A stretch of 63,437 bases of DNA, counting the filler, from Licmophora abbreviata (Eukaryota): the NCBI GenBank assembly GCA_900291995.1. It is 19 parts of 19 records of this genome, joined end to end, with 100 filler letters (N's around TTAATTAATTAA, not from the genome) between each part and the next. Parts side by side here need not be neighbours in the genome. Positions count along the whole stretch, not along the records: positions 9,404 to 11,810 come from OLMU01006218.1; positions 11,911 to 13,558 come from OLMU01006220.1; positions 13,659 to 21,319 come from OLMU01006221.1; 16 more parts are not named here. One strand, written 5' to 3'. Below, piece after piece: positions 10,321-21,419 of the stretch; positions within the stretch are counted from its first letter, which is position 1; each line of letters starts with the position of its first letter. The notes under the pieces were generated by a model. It did not search any database. It was not told the origin of the DNA and worked only from the letters and a program-made list of their open reading frames with translations. A program made the position numbers and the translations under genes.

Positions 10321-11511
10321 CTACGGCTTGTCTTGTTTTGACTCTGGAACGCGGTCATCGTCTCCACCCTGTGTCACTCTTAAAATCAGCTTGTGCAGTA
10401 TCGACCGCTCCCAGACGCGTCGTAGGTGATCCATGGGACCGTAAAACTGAACACCATGCAAGTAGGGAGCCATGTGAAACCACGGGTCTCCATACGTATT
10501 CTTCGCCTCCACCATAATACACAAGTCGGGGTGCATCGTGCACGTTCGGAACATCCAAGGCTGGTCTTTTCCAATAAATCGATCCTTGTTGGCGTCTAGC
10601 ACAGTGTAGTACGCGTCTTTCCATCGAGCAATCCCTTTGCTGAAGCCTCCAATGAAGCCTCCACCCAAATAGTTGCTGTCCGCCAGTAAGCGCACGTCCA
10701 ATAACAAGACCTGACTCTCTTTCAATTGTTTGGGGAGATACCGAATCAATCTCTTACTATCGAGAAGATTATCGCGAAGATAACCCATATCTGCCCATGC
10801 GAAGAAGCTCGAGTTGAACGGATTCGTATCAATAGCTTGTTGGAGAAAATGACTCTTCTGGTTCCAGATGATGTAAAGTTCCTTCGAATGCAAGTATTTT
10901 TCCAGTCCTGGCTCGAATTTGTTTTGATTTTCCCAGAAGTCCATGCCGTATTGCTGTACAAGCGTCGTTTCGTTCAGTTGCATACTCACAATGTGAGTCA
11001 TTTTGCTGGAACCTCGCAGCCGTCGCAACCTCTCTACTTGATCAGGCGTTGTGAAAATGATCATATTATCTTGCAAACTCATCATATGTCGAATCCAGGG
11101 ACGATATTCAGAACTCGGTCGCTTAGATGGAACGTCGAAGTAGGCCGTGACGACTGTCACTTGGTCGCGAGCAATTGGAACCATGTTGGAAAGAGTCTCC
11201 GTCGCTGTAGCCATCGAACTGCTCGTGCCGCTCCCCCCTCCTAAGTGATAGGTACTACTCGGTTGTCCAGGACTCCATCCGAATCCAACACGACAGATCA
11301 AGAGCAGGCCATACATGAAGACTACAAAGGCAAAAAGATGATTCTTGGCCATGATGACGAGTCGCCCGGAAGTAGAACTCGTCGACGACTCGTGATTTCT
11401 CGTTCGCAGTCTTGCTAATGTCGACGTGCGTGGTGAAGACGATGATGAGGAGTGAGCGGATGGAGCAGATAGAGGGAGACTGGCTCGTTCCGGTCGTCTC
11501 CAGAGAGGCAT
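10321..11511 (-). CDS. HtrL/YibB-like putative glycosyltransferase, type II membrane protein
   Basis: N-terminal TM helix, then 'VTVVTAYFD', 'YIIWNQKSHFLQQAI..NPFNSSFFAWADMG', 'LGGGFIGG' and 'FIGKDQ', the pattern of HtrL_YibB-like proteins. Intronless. Confidence 0.65.
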   Translation of the reverse strand: MPLWRRPERASLPLSAPSAHSSSSSSPRTSTLARLRTRNHESSTSSTSGRLVIMAKNHLFAFVVFMYGLLLICRVGFGWSPGQPSSTYHLGGGSGTSSSMATATETLSNMVPIARDQVTVVTAYFDVPSKRPSSEYRPWIRHMMSLQDNMIIFTTPDQVERLRRLRGSSKMTHIVSMQLNETTLVQQYGMDFWENQNKFEPGLEKYLHSKELYIIWNQKSHFLQQAIDTNPFNSSFFAWADMGYLRDNLLDSKRLIRYLPKQLKESQVLLLDVRLLADSNYLGGGFIGGFSKGIARWKDAYYTVLDANKDRFIGKDQPWMFRTCTMHPDLCIMVEAKNTYGDPWFHMAPYLHGVQFYGPMDHLRRVWERSILHKLILRVTQGGDDDRVPESKQDKP

Positions 11512-11942
11512 CCTGAATGCGGTTTGCACGGTTTTCGTGCCGATTTCACTGAGACCCGGCACTCAAACTCCGAAATTCTATCAGTACTAGCGAGAATCGC
11601 GACCTGGGTACGTCCAGCGACTCGCACGCTTCTCTTGAATCGCAAACACTCCTTTCTGAATCAGTGACGGTGGGAAAGCTCCTCAACGGGCCTCCACTGC
11701 GCCATGGTCATCGCAGGGATGGTCGATGTCGAGATTTGGGCGGTCATATTAATGACTCAATGACATTTTAGTCGAGTCGAATGAGTCGACCGGAGAACTT
11801 TTGAACTTTTNNNNNNNNNNNNNNNNNNNNNNNNNNNNNNNNNNNNNNNNNNNNTTAATTAATTAANNNNNNNNNNNNNNNNNNNNNNNNNNNNNNNNNN
11901 NNNNNNNNNNAGTGATTGTAGACTGTTCTCATTTCAACCTGA

Positions 11943-12668
11943 TTAACGCCCACGCTTCAGGGACTTTTCAATCTCGGCATATTCCTGATACAAACGCTTG
12001 CGTCGCTTTTCCGGCAGCGGGTACTTGTAACCATACGAAGTGTAATGCCCCGCCAAGACGTTAATGGACGTATACAGAGTACTGAAACTGGGCTTACCGG
12101 CAACCTTGGGGAAGCGACGGTAATAGGAGACAAAATCAACCATTTCCTTCTTCATGTTTTTCCCAAAGTCTTCCATGGACGTGGCGCCCTTTGCAAGTCC
12201 CGTAGCAACCACCATGTGCGCTCGAACCTTGGCGGCGTCCTCTTCGTACTTGAAGGAGAGGCCCCAGTCGCTGGGGAACTCGTACTCGGTGACTTGTGCC
12301 GGAACTTCGACTTCGGCCAAGGCCGCGGATGGCGCTACAAATATGGCAGCAGCTGCGGCAATGCCTGCGCCAGTCTGAAAGACATCGCGACGAGCAACAG
12401 GTTCCTATGGTGTACATGGGCGAGGCGGAAACAAGCGTCAGTAAAGAGTCCGGTATGGCAGTCCACAAGGGCACATGTTTCCATGTATACACCTCCTCTG
12501 TACCAGACACGAAGTCGTCAGACCGGCTTCAAAATGTAGAGCTTGCTGTGTCTTCAGCAGTCCGGACATCGCACTCACATTGCTAACCGACATCTTCATC
12601 GGTGACGCCGAAAACGCCGATGCGGCGGCGACCAGGGCGGCCACGAGAAATAAGCTCTTAGAATTCAT
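11943..12668 (-). CDS. psb27: Photosystem II assembly factor Psb27; exons 12668-12579 and 12404-11943
   Basis: Signal peptide ending ASA|F, GTGAGT...TAG intron, twin-Arg 'ARRDVF' plus ALA lumen signal. Mature region 'FVSYYRR..KVAGKPSFSTLYTSINVLAGHYTSYG..YPLPEKRRKRL.QE...E..LKRGR' matches Psb27. Confidence 0.92.
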
Positions 12669-13514
12669 TCTTCTTGCTGTACTAGTTCGGCTTGTCAATG
12701 GGACGAAGCGGGTGGGCCAACAGGACACGAGTAAACGATACGCTCGCTGACTACGTCTTGCTGATGGACGCGGTGAAATGAGTGTCATCGGGTGCCGCCA
12801 GATCAGCAGTTTTGGCGCCACGGTGAGAACGGAATCTCTTCCAACGGGATACCTTTTGATTCACGTAGAAAGATGGTACCAATTTACAGAGCCCCGCCTC
12901 AAGCTTTCAGTCTGTAAAGTTCCATGACGTGGTCAACGCCACTCACTTAGCTGTTGGTGAGGCTGTCTACTGGACAACAGTTCCCGCTCTGTCACTCGCG
13001 ATCTTTCGGAGTCTGCGCGATCCAGAGAGTTCAAGTTGGGCGCAATACAGACTCTACGCAAACCTACTACTCCGGAGTACGCGTGACGTACTGCCCTACT
13101 GCTCTTTGGATCTCCAGCCGCGATCATCCTTTGATCCAAGGTGTGTGTGGAAGACCATGGAGGCGTCGAAGGGGTGCGGGGGAGAGCGTTCGGTGTGGAT
13201 GAGGGAGTTTGTTGAAGTGTGGGATGATGTTGTGAAAGCAAGAGAGGAGAAAGCGATGGAGAAACGAGCGAGAAAGATCTTCGTTGTGTCTTTGACGCTA
13301 CCGGTATGATAGCCTGCCCACGCCGTGCCAGCTTATCCTGTGGTGTCAGTTGTGACCCTGTTCTGAACAGCTGTGGACGTTTGAGTTGACAACGGGGCGC
13401 TTTCTCTCTTTCGACGTTTGTGTAGTTCCATCCTCTGTATCCCTTGTGCTCACCCCAAGATGCTTCCCCCCTTGTTCTCTCTCGTCTCTTGGTTGTCAGA
13501 ACAGAACATTCAAC

Positions 13515-14084
13515 ATGGCCAAGCTTAGTCTCTTCCTCCTTGCTGTCCTTGTCGCAGCNNNNNNNNNNNNNNNNNNNNNNNNNNNNNNNNNNNNNNNNNN
13601 NNTTAATTAATTAANNNNNNNNNNNNNNNNNNNNNNNNNNNNNNNNNNNNNNNNNNNNACATTCAACATGGCCAAGCTTAGTCTCTTCCTCCTTGCTGTC
13701 CTTGTCGCAGCCGTTTCGGCATTCGCCCCGGCCCACACATCGGTCGCACGCAGCCCCGCCTTCACTGCCGCGGCACTCAAGCAGAGCCCGTTCTCGCTCA
13801 ACATGGTCGAAGACATGACTTGGGAGGGCGAGGAGTACCCTCCGTCCAAGGTCTTGGGACCCCTCATGAGCAAGATGCCCTCGGGTCTCTTGGGAGTTCT
13901 ATCCATCGTATTCCTTGCTTCCTGTGGATACTCGATTGGACAGTCCTTTGCTCTTCAGCAAGAACCCGGTGCTCTCGCTGATGGATCCTGGGTCAAGTGG
14001 TACTACATCCTTGGATCGTTTGGTGGACCTTTGGCTTGGGGCACTCACGTCGCCTCCTGGATTCAGCGCAAGAACGGCATGTAA
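13515..14084 (+). CDS. psaR: Plastid-targeted small two-helix thylakoid protein, probably diatom PSI subunit PsaR (Psa28); the complete ORF is 13668-14084 and its 5' end is duplicated across the linker
   Basis: VSA|FAP bipartite presequence and two hydrophobic segments. The C-terminus 'GSWVKWYYILGSFGGPLAWGTHVASWIQRKNGM' is recalled as resembling diatom PsaR/Psa28 (from memory, needs BLAST). Bases 13506-13558 equal 13659-13711. Confidence 0.65.
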
Positions 14085-14349
14085 GCGATCACTCAGTTCG
14101 TGAACAAAGCACTATGACAATGACCTTGGACGTTCGTTTGACTGGTGGCTGGTACTCTAGTTGCTCGACGAGCATTACCACGTAATCTTGCATGCTACTC
14201 TAGGCCCCAACTTATGTCGACCGTGTGTGCATTCCAGCTTGACTCGTGCTATGGCCGTTTCCTTTATCTTTCCTAAACTGATACGACGAGTCAAACTGAC
14301 TTCTTCCATTCTACCGAGGCGACGAAACTCATTCCTACTTCTCTAATGT

Positions 14350-16128
14350 CTAGCAAGACGGCGCATTCATGACCGGGTCCGTCGCCGAGTACTGTGTATG
14401 GATCTCCTCCTGCGACTCGACGACAATATTCGGGATCTTCGTCGGCATACTCGTGACAGGCTCGTCTTGACCGTCGTTCAACATCTCCTCCTTGAACATC
14501 AGACAATACCTCTTCTCGTGGCAACCGTACGCATGCGGAGTCAGTTCAATTACGTTGTTGAGCGGAATGCTCACGTACGGGGCGTCCTTGCGATCGAGGC
14601 CCATAAAGTAGGCATATAGGATGCGGAGAATGCCTTGGTGGGCGACAATCAAAACAGGCTCGCGAGTACGTTCCATCTCCTGTGCGACGGGTTCCAGGCG
14701 AAGCGTAACGTCCATGTATGATTCGCCTGCTCACGACAGATCACAAGTCAATACAGGTAGAAATGAGCAATCATGAATGACAATCGAACACGACCAACAT
14801 TCACACAGTTCAACGCACTCACCTCGAGGGTACCGATATGCTAGCTTGTCGTCTTGACGACGAGCGAACTCTTCCGGGTATACTTGTTCAATTTCCTTGT
14901 AGGTCATACCATCACAAACGCCGGCGTAGAGTTCATCGAGGTTCCGACGCGCCATGGGACGAAACTGTACCCACTCGCCCCGATCGCCGTTGTCCCAAGT
15001 ATGATCAATCGATGTGTGATCAATGAACTGAGCTGTCTCCTTGGTGCGACGTAGTGTCGACGTCCACAGTCGTCCCGGGGCCTTGACGTTTCGTTCCTCT
15101 CCGGTCACCCGATCGGTCTCGGTACGCGTCGCAATGTGTTCCTTGGCAAAGACGGCGAGTCGTCGCGCATATTCGACCCCAGCTGGACTCAAACCCGAAT
15201 CTCCCCCGATCTTGCCAAGCAAATTGTATTCCGATTGTCCATGTCGCGTAAGATAGAATGTACGCGGCAGCGTGTGGAGATTCATGACAAAGTGTGTCAC
15301 CTTGAGAGGCAGGTACCCGCGAATATTGTTGACGATGAAGCGTTTCGAGTTGATAATCTTGACGTACGATCCATCCCGCTCATCGACGGTCTGGTAGACG
15401 CGCATGTACTGTTCTCGCCTCAAATGAAAGTCCTCCACGGCCTTTTCCGGATCCCAATCGCGATAGTCTGGGGTAGAAAGTTTGACTTTGCGAATGTTTT
15501 CTTCCAAGAGATCGTCACTATCACAAATGCTCTCGACAAAAATCTTCTTGCATCCAATCTTGGATTCATTCAAGAACTGGACAATGTGCTGACGCCTCTC
15601 ACGAGTAGAGTTGGTGGCATCGAATGCTGCGACTCGGACTCCATCCTGCTTGATGTACTCAATCATGTCAGCCAGCGCCGCATTGCATGCCAGCGTCCGA
15701 GCCTTCAATCCTTCTTCGTTGTTAGGATCGTAGAAGGAAGCTGGAAGCTGCGCCCCGCACAACTGACGGCGATAATCTCCCGCATTGAAAATCTGGGAAG
15801 GAATGTCATGAAAGAAGGAAAGGAATCGACAAATGCGCTTCGCAATGTGCGTTTTTCCTGTCGCTGGGAGCCCAACCATGATGATGACGAGCTTATCCGT
15901 GGCGGTAGATCCATTGACTTCGAGGGGAGTGGCGTTTTCGCCCTCGCTTAGCTTGTGAGGCATGGGATTGTCCACCGGTAGGAAGGGTGCATTGCTATGT
16001 CTGGTGCCGTTGGAAACGGTGGAAATAGTACGTTCGTGCGGGGGAGAGGCCGAATTGGGAGATGCCAGGACGGATTGACGCGTAGGGGCTGTCGTGGCAG
16101 GAGCAGCCGGTGGAGCAGTCGACGACAT
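14350..16128 (-). CDS. PFKFB: 6-phosphofructo-2-kinase/fructose-2,6-bisphosphatase; exons 16128-14823 and 14726-14350
   Basis: P-loop 'MVGLPATGKT', 'DATNSTRERR', phosphatase 'RHGQSEYN' and 'VAHQG'. An intron at 14822-14727 restores RYPRG|ESYMD. Confidence 0.95.
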
Positions 16129-16578
16129 GATCGAGAGGGGAGTCAGACTACCGAACCGGGTACTCTTACTGGCTTGACAGCGACGGGGAGTGAATGGCAG
16201 TCAATGCGATGGAATGGATGTGGATGTACGGCAGATGACTGCTCCCGCATTATTTTGTGGCGAATTTTGAAGTGGCAAACTTGCAAACTTGCAAATTTGG
16301 AATGTCATCAGCATCCACCGTGATCCATAGTATTGAATCTACGTACGAGCAGACTAAAACCGTGCTCTGAATGTGGACGACTCCTTTGACTCATCCGAAT
16401 TTCCCGAAATGACTTTCAACTTTCAACTTTCACAACTTCGAAACTTCTCGGCACGACACGACGCAACGCATTGAGTGAACTGCGACGTATGTCCATTGCG
16501 GCTTGTTTTTTCGACGTTTCTATCGAATTTGTGGTACCGCGGAGTCTCGTTTCATCAGGAGTGTGATCGTTCTTCACC

Positions 16579-19500
16579 ATGTGGGGCAACGCTTTCGCCG
16601 ATATGGCCAAGAAGGCGCAAGAGCAAATTCAAGAGCAAGCACAGACTTTGCAGTCGGCCGGAGGCATGTTCAATCTCGACAGTTTGCAGAGCGGCGACGC
16701 CACCAGTAGTAGTGCAATTGAGGGACAAGTGCCAACACGAATGGAATCTTCTCTGTCCGAAGGAATCGTCTTTAGCAGCGATACAGTCATCAAAGACACC
16801 ACTTCGCAGCAAGACACGACGACCACCTCGCTCTTCTCCACTCCCACGCCATCGCCACCGGGAAAGCAACCATTTCCGTTTAATGAAATACAGAAGTTTC
16901 CGGAACCTCCGAGCATGGGTGTGGAGGCAGATTTATCTGAGCGTCTCGTCGATACAGCCGGTTCTGCTATGGATCGCGGAGGTGAGAATAGTGAAGATCA
17001 GAGTCCTGCAAAATTACAGCCGACATTGGAACCCGAACCAGAGTCCGCGCAGGAAGAGTGGGACTGGAACGAAGATGACATCGAAAATGGCAACGTTAAC
17101 GATGGAGGACAGGCAGCGACTGCTGTAGAGATTCGACAAGTCGCTTCTACTGCGAAAGTCGAATCCGAGCCTACGCTGGACAGCGAAAGTGTTCACGAGG
17201 CTGTAGACGAAGAGCTACCACCGTCTTTGCTCAACACACAGGCCGTCGAGCAATCAGGAGCCATCGAGTCTATACACTCTCCCACGACCAATACAATAGA
17301 ACCGATTCCGACTTCTGCACAGGATACTCAGGGCACTGCAGGCACCGACGACGATGAAGATGATCTGGATGACATGTACGCCGACGATGACGACGACGAA
17401 GAAGAGGTCCAGATAGCTGCGCCAGTACTTCAATTCGATAGTGATCCGCCTCTGGAAGTAAACGAGTCACTTCCACCAGGAGATGCAGTGGGAATGATCG
17501 TAGAACAGCTGCGGGAAAATGGGGAATTTCATCTCGAGAAACATCAAGTACAGCACGTTGCAGAGGAGCCCGAGCCTCTCGTACAGGAACAGTCAGAAGA
17601 GCTTGCTCAGTCTGCAGAGGCGGCGGCATGGGATTTTGATGTCACTGATGTCGAGGAGGAAGAGGAGACAACTGACAATCCGGAGGAAAATGCGGGTTGT
17701 GTGGAGCTGACTACCGAGCCAGCCTTTGCTGTACCGGTAGACAACAAGCCGGAAGGACCCGATGCGGAAGCCGCCCGGGATGTTAGTGCCGACGATGTCG
17801 AACAAGAAAAGCGCTCCTCACAAGCACCGGTAGTTGAAGTAAATCATTCGCAACAGAACGGCTTTGGACCCGGGCAACCCCAAAAGGTCATGGATGGCGT
17901 GGATATTGCGACCGAGCAGAGCCTTGAGAACGGATCGTTGGATGCAACGGATGGAGAAATCGTTCTACCGGATGATTCTTTGCTTGCCACGGAGCCGTTG
18001 GACATGGGTATCGACGATTTTGTAGCCGATGCGATATCTGTCGATTCAAGGGGTCACAATTTTAATGACGGGCCTGCGAAAGGGTCCAAGTCGTTGGAAG
18101 CCGAATCCTCTAATCTGGATGCCAGCCCAGAAGGAGTTGCCTCAAAGTCAGAAGACAGTCATCTCGACGATCCAGAAGGTATCGAACGTTCATCAGAAGA
18201 AGAATCACACTGTGTCGCGTCGGCTGGACGACCAGAAGAGGATTTGGAGGACGAGATTGCACGCGAGCTCACATCCGGGAATGCCGTGGCTGCTTCAGGC
18301 GAATTGTCTGGCGGCGGAATTAAATCGGAACTTGCGCCTGACACACGAAATGCCGATCTTGTCAAAGCGGCTCGCCACGCCGAGAAGATTGTGTCAGAGT
18401 CCGTGATGGAAGACTTTGCTGTTCAGATGCGACGGCTGGAGGATCACCATCGTAGCGAAATGCAGGAAATGGAACGACGACATAAGTCGCAGCTTCAGGA
18501 GACACGCGACTCTTTCAACCTCGACGAGTTGAACAAGAAACAGAAGGCCACGGAACAAATGTTTCTTGCCAGGATCAAAGAAAAGGAGGAGCAGGTAAGC
18601 GAAGTGATGCGAATCAATGAAGGCTACCAGCTGAAGGTAGATGTGATGAAACGAGAACTTGCGGGGACTCAGGCTATACTCGAAGAAAGGTAAGGATCGG
18701 GTCGTTGCTACCTTGTCACTTTATCGTCGCGCCACATTACTGACGGGCTCTTTCTTCGCTGATGTGACCACATAGGGATAGCGCCATGGGCACCGCCTCC
18801 GCGTCTCATATCAAGAACCTTCATGTCCTTGAGAAGAAACTAGACGAGAAAGAACAGGCATTCACCGACGCGAGGGCACAGATTCGAGACCTCGGAGTAA
18901 GTCTTGTTCTGTGTCTATTCGCCCGCTGCTTTGCATCTCTTTCAATGCGCTCATGCTATTCATTTCGTTTCATATCTTCAGGTGGCCTTAAGAGAGTCGA
19001 AAGATGAGATCGATGCGTCAAATGAAGCGTATTCGACTCTTAAGGCACGCGTCAAGGTTGTTGCGACAGAACTCAAGGAACGCAGAGTAGAGTGCCGAAC
19101 CCTTGCTGGCGAGCTGAGCACGCTGACAGACGTAAATGAACAACTGGAATCGCAAGTTGCCACTCTCCGGTCACAGGTCTCCGACCGGGATCGCAATCAG
19201 TCTGAAAAGGACGACGAGATGGTACAACTTCGATCGCGTGTAGATGAGCTTGAGGACGAGCTGAAGGCTGCTGAGAAATCACTGAAGGAGCGCGATGCTG
19301 TTGGCGAAAAGGCATTGTCAGCCTACAAGAAAAAGGCGCAGAATTCACTCGCACAGGCAAACGCGCGAGCTGCTGCTGCCATCGAAGCCAAGGAAGAAGC
19401 GGAGCTGGATACTTCCGCGGCGCGGTCGGCTTCAGCAGAAGCAATCGACCGTGCAAAAGTTGCCGAGGCCAACGGAAAAGCCGCTTTAGCGGAAGCAAAG

Positions 19501-20688
19501 GAGTATGTGCGTGACATGGAGGAAGAAAGGGCTCGTTTCGAGGAACGAATCTCTGACGCGTCGAAAGATTTGGAAGATACAAGAGCCAAGCTACGGCAAG
19601 CCAATGTGGAGCTGCAAAAGTGTTTCGACGAGAGAGAGAAACTCGAGTCTGAAGTCGCAACGCTCAGTCACCACAGTCAGGGTGATCAAGCCAGGATCTC
19701 TCAGCTTCAATTAGACCTCAGTGAAGCGCAGCGCCGGTCGAATGAGCTGTACGACGAAGTTGAAACTTTGCGTGATGAGCTCCGAAAATCTGCCAACGCC
19801 GCTTTTATAGCTAGTAGCCAAACGGATGGCGAAGGTGCGTCGAATTCTGTAGTCCCTCATGGTGGTGCATCGATGGGCTCGGGAGGTGCTCTGGACAAGT
19901 CAGAGGCGGAGGGGACGATCCTCATGCTGCAGGCCGAGCTAAGAGACGCGAACCAGGCAATCAAAGAGCTCAAGGAAACACTTCGATCGACCATTGAAGC
20001 GGAACGAAGGAACAACATTCATCGCGGGGTCATGGATGGATCGATTGGGCCGTCTGTTGCCGACTCGCTGCAAACCAAAGCTACCGACGGGAGCTCGTTT
20101 GACTCACAGGATGGTCCGTCACCTAGTCAGATGTCGGCGACGCGCTCGTCCGGCATTCCTGGAAACGACGCGACGCCTCTATTCTTTGCTTTGGAGAAAC
20201 AAGCCGAATTGAATACCGCTCGTGATGAGATTAATCGTCTTGCCAATATGCTCGGCGATGCCCAGTCAGAAAAAATGGAAGCTTTCGAGGCCATGCTAGA
20301 GATGCGACGAAAGATGGAGGAGGCAGAGGCGAGTCTGAGACGATACGAGAAACTTGGCTCCGGTATGGAGCAACGTCAGCCGTCCCTGTCGTCAAGTGCC
20401 GTGGGACGCGGCGTAGGCATGAGTGCGACGGGCAGTGTCTCCGCTGAGAGCGCTTCAAACGAGGGCGTGGTGAATTTGGAATACTTGAAGAATGTCATGC
20501 TCAGCTATTTGAATGCCAAATCTCTGACGGAACGCAAGGCTCTTGTTCCCGTAGTGAGCGCTGTTCTTTGTTTGACACCAGAAGAACAAGCTAATGCCAC
20601 ACGGAACGTCGAAGCAAGCGGCAGTCTAGAGGGAGTCGGCATGTCGTTGTTCGAGAGTATTGGGAGCCAGGTCAAACCCTTTATGTAG
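16579..20688 (+). CDS. GRIP-domain golgin (coiled-coil); exons 16579-18689, 18776-18896, 18982-20688
   Basis: Acidic disordered N-terminus, long heptad coiled coil and a C-terminal GRIP motif 'NLEYLKNVMLSYL....ERKALVPVVSAVLCLTPEE'. Two GTAAG...AG introns keep the frame. Confidence 0.85.
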
Positions 20689-20795
20689 CTAAAACACACT
20701 TGAGATCCTCACAGTACGGTCCACATACGTGCCAGAGAGCGCAGATGACTAATTGTTTCACTCGATAACTCAGCACTTAAACTTTTGTTGATCGA

Positions 20796-21319
20796 CTAAC
20801 TAGACGACGACTCTTTTGCGTCACTACCCTTTTCGGTCTCCGGTTCCTTTGGATGCAGAAGCGTGCACAGTAGATCACCATCGTCGATTGGATCTGAATT
20901 TTCAGGGACAGAGATTTCGCCCATGAGCGCGTCGACGTCATCTTCATTCACCATTCCAAACGTAAATTCCTGATGAGAGAACGAAAGGAAAGCTGAGAAT
21001 GCTATCGAGTTGGAACACTGACGCGGGGAAAAATTGAAGTAGAGATACTCACATCGGTTTCAATATCACAAAGCATATCATTATACCTGACTAGGTCTCC
21101 TTCCTTCTTGTACCACTTGACGACCTTGGCTGTCAAACATCAAGCAAACTGAAGTGTGAGCGAGGTTCGCGAGCTCTGTCTTTCCACAGCGCAACGCTTG
21201 GTCTAGCACACACCTTTGGATTCCCCCATATCAGGCATGCGGATTGGCACATGTTCAGTAAAGATAGACAGATCCATGTCGCTTGGAGGAGGCGACGACG
21301 TCGTGTTCTCATCGTCGGC
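20796..21319 (-). CDS. Stand-alone lipoyl/biotinyl-domain protein, 5'-truncated by a gap; exons <21319-21214, 21129-21053, 20969-20796
   Basis: Not in the ORF track. Spliced translation ...IRMPDMGESKAKVVKWYKKEGDLVRYNDMLCDIETDEFTFGM...DALMGEISV...IDDGDLLCTLL...* fits the lipoyl-domain pattern; the GT-AG introns have compatible phases. Confidence 0.8.
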
Positions 21320-21419
21320 NNNNNNNNNNNNNNNNNNNNNNNNNNNNNNNNNNNNNNNNNNNNTTAATTAATTAANNNNNNNNNNNNNNNNNNNNNNNNN
21401 NNNNNNNNNNNNNNNNNNN

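Noticed and set aside
12929..13309. 126-aa ORF between psb27 and psaR
   Set aside because: GTG start and no recognisable motif; it lies in a divergent promoter region.
15136..15951. Long antisense ORFs (271 aa here, and similar ones over the zinc-domain gene, golgin, copia and MET2)
   Set aside because: Shadow ORFs opposite well-supported genes, as expected from codon bias.
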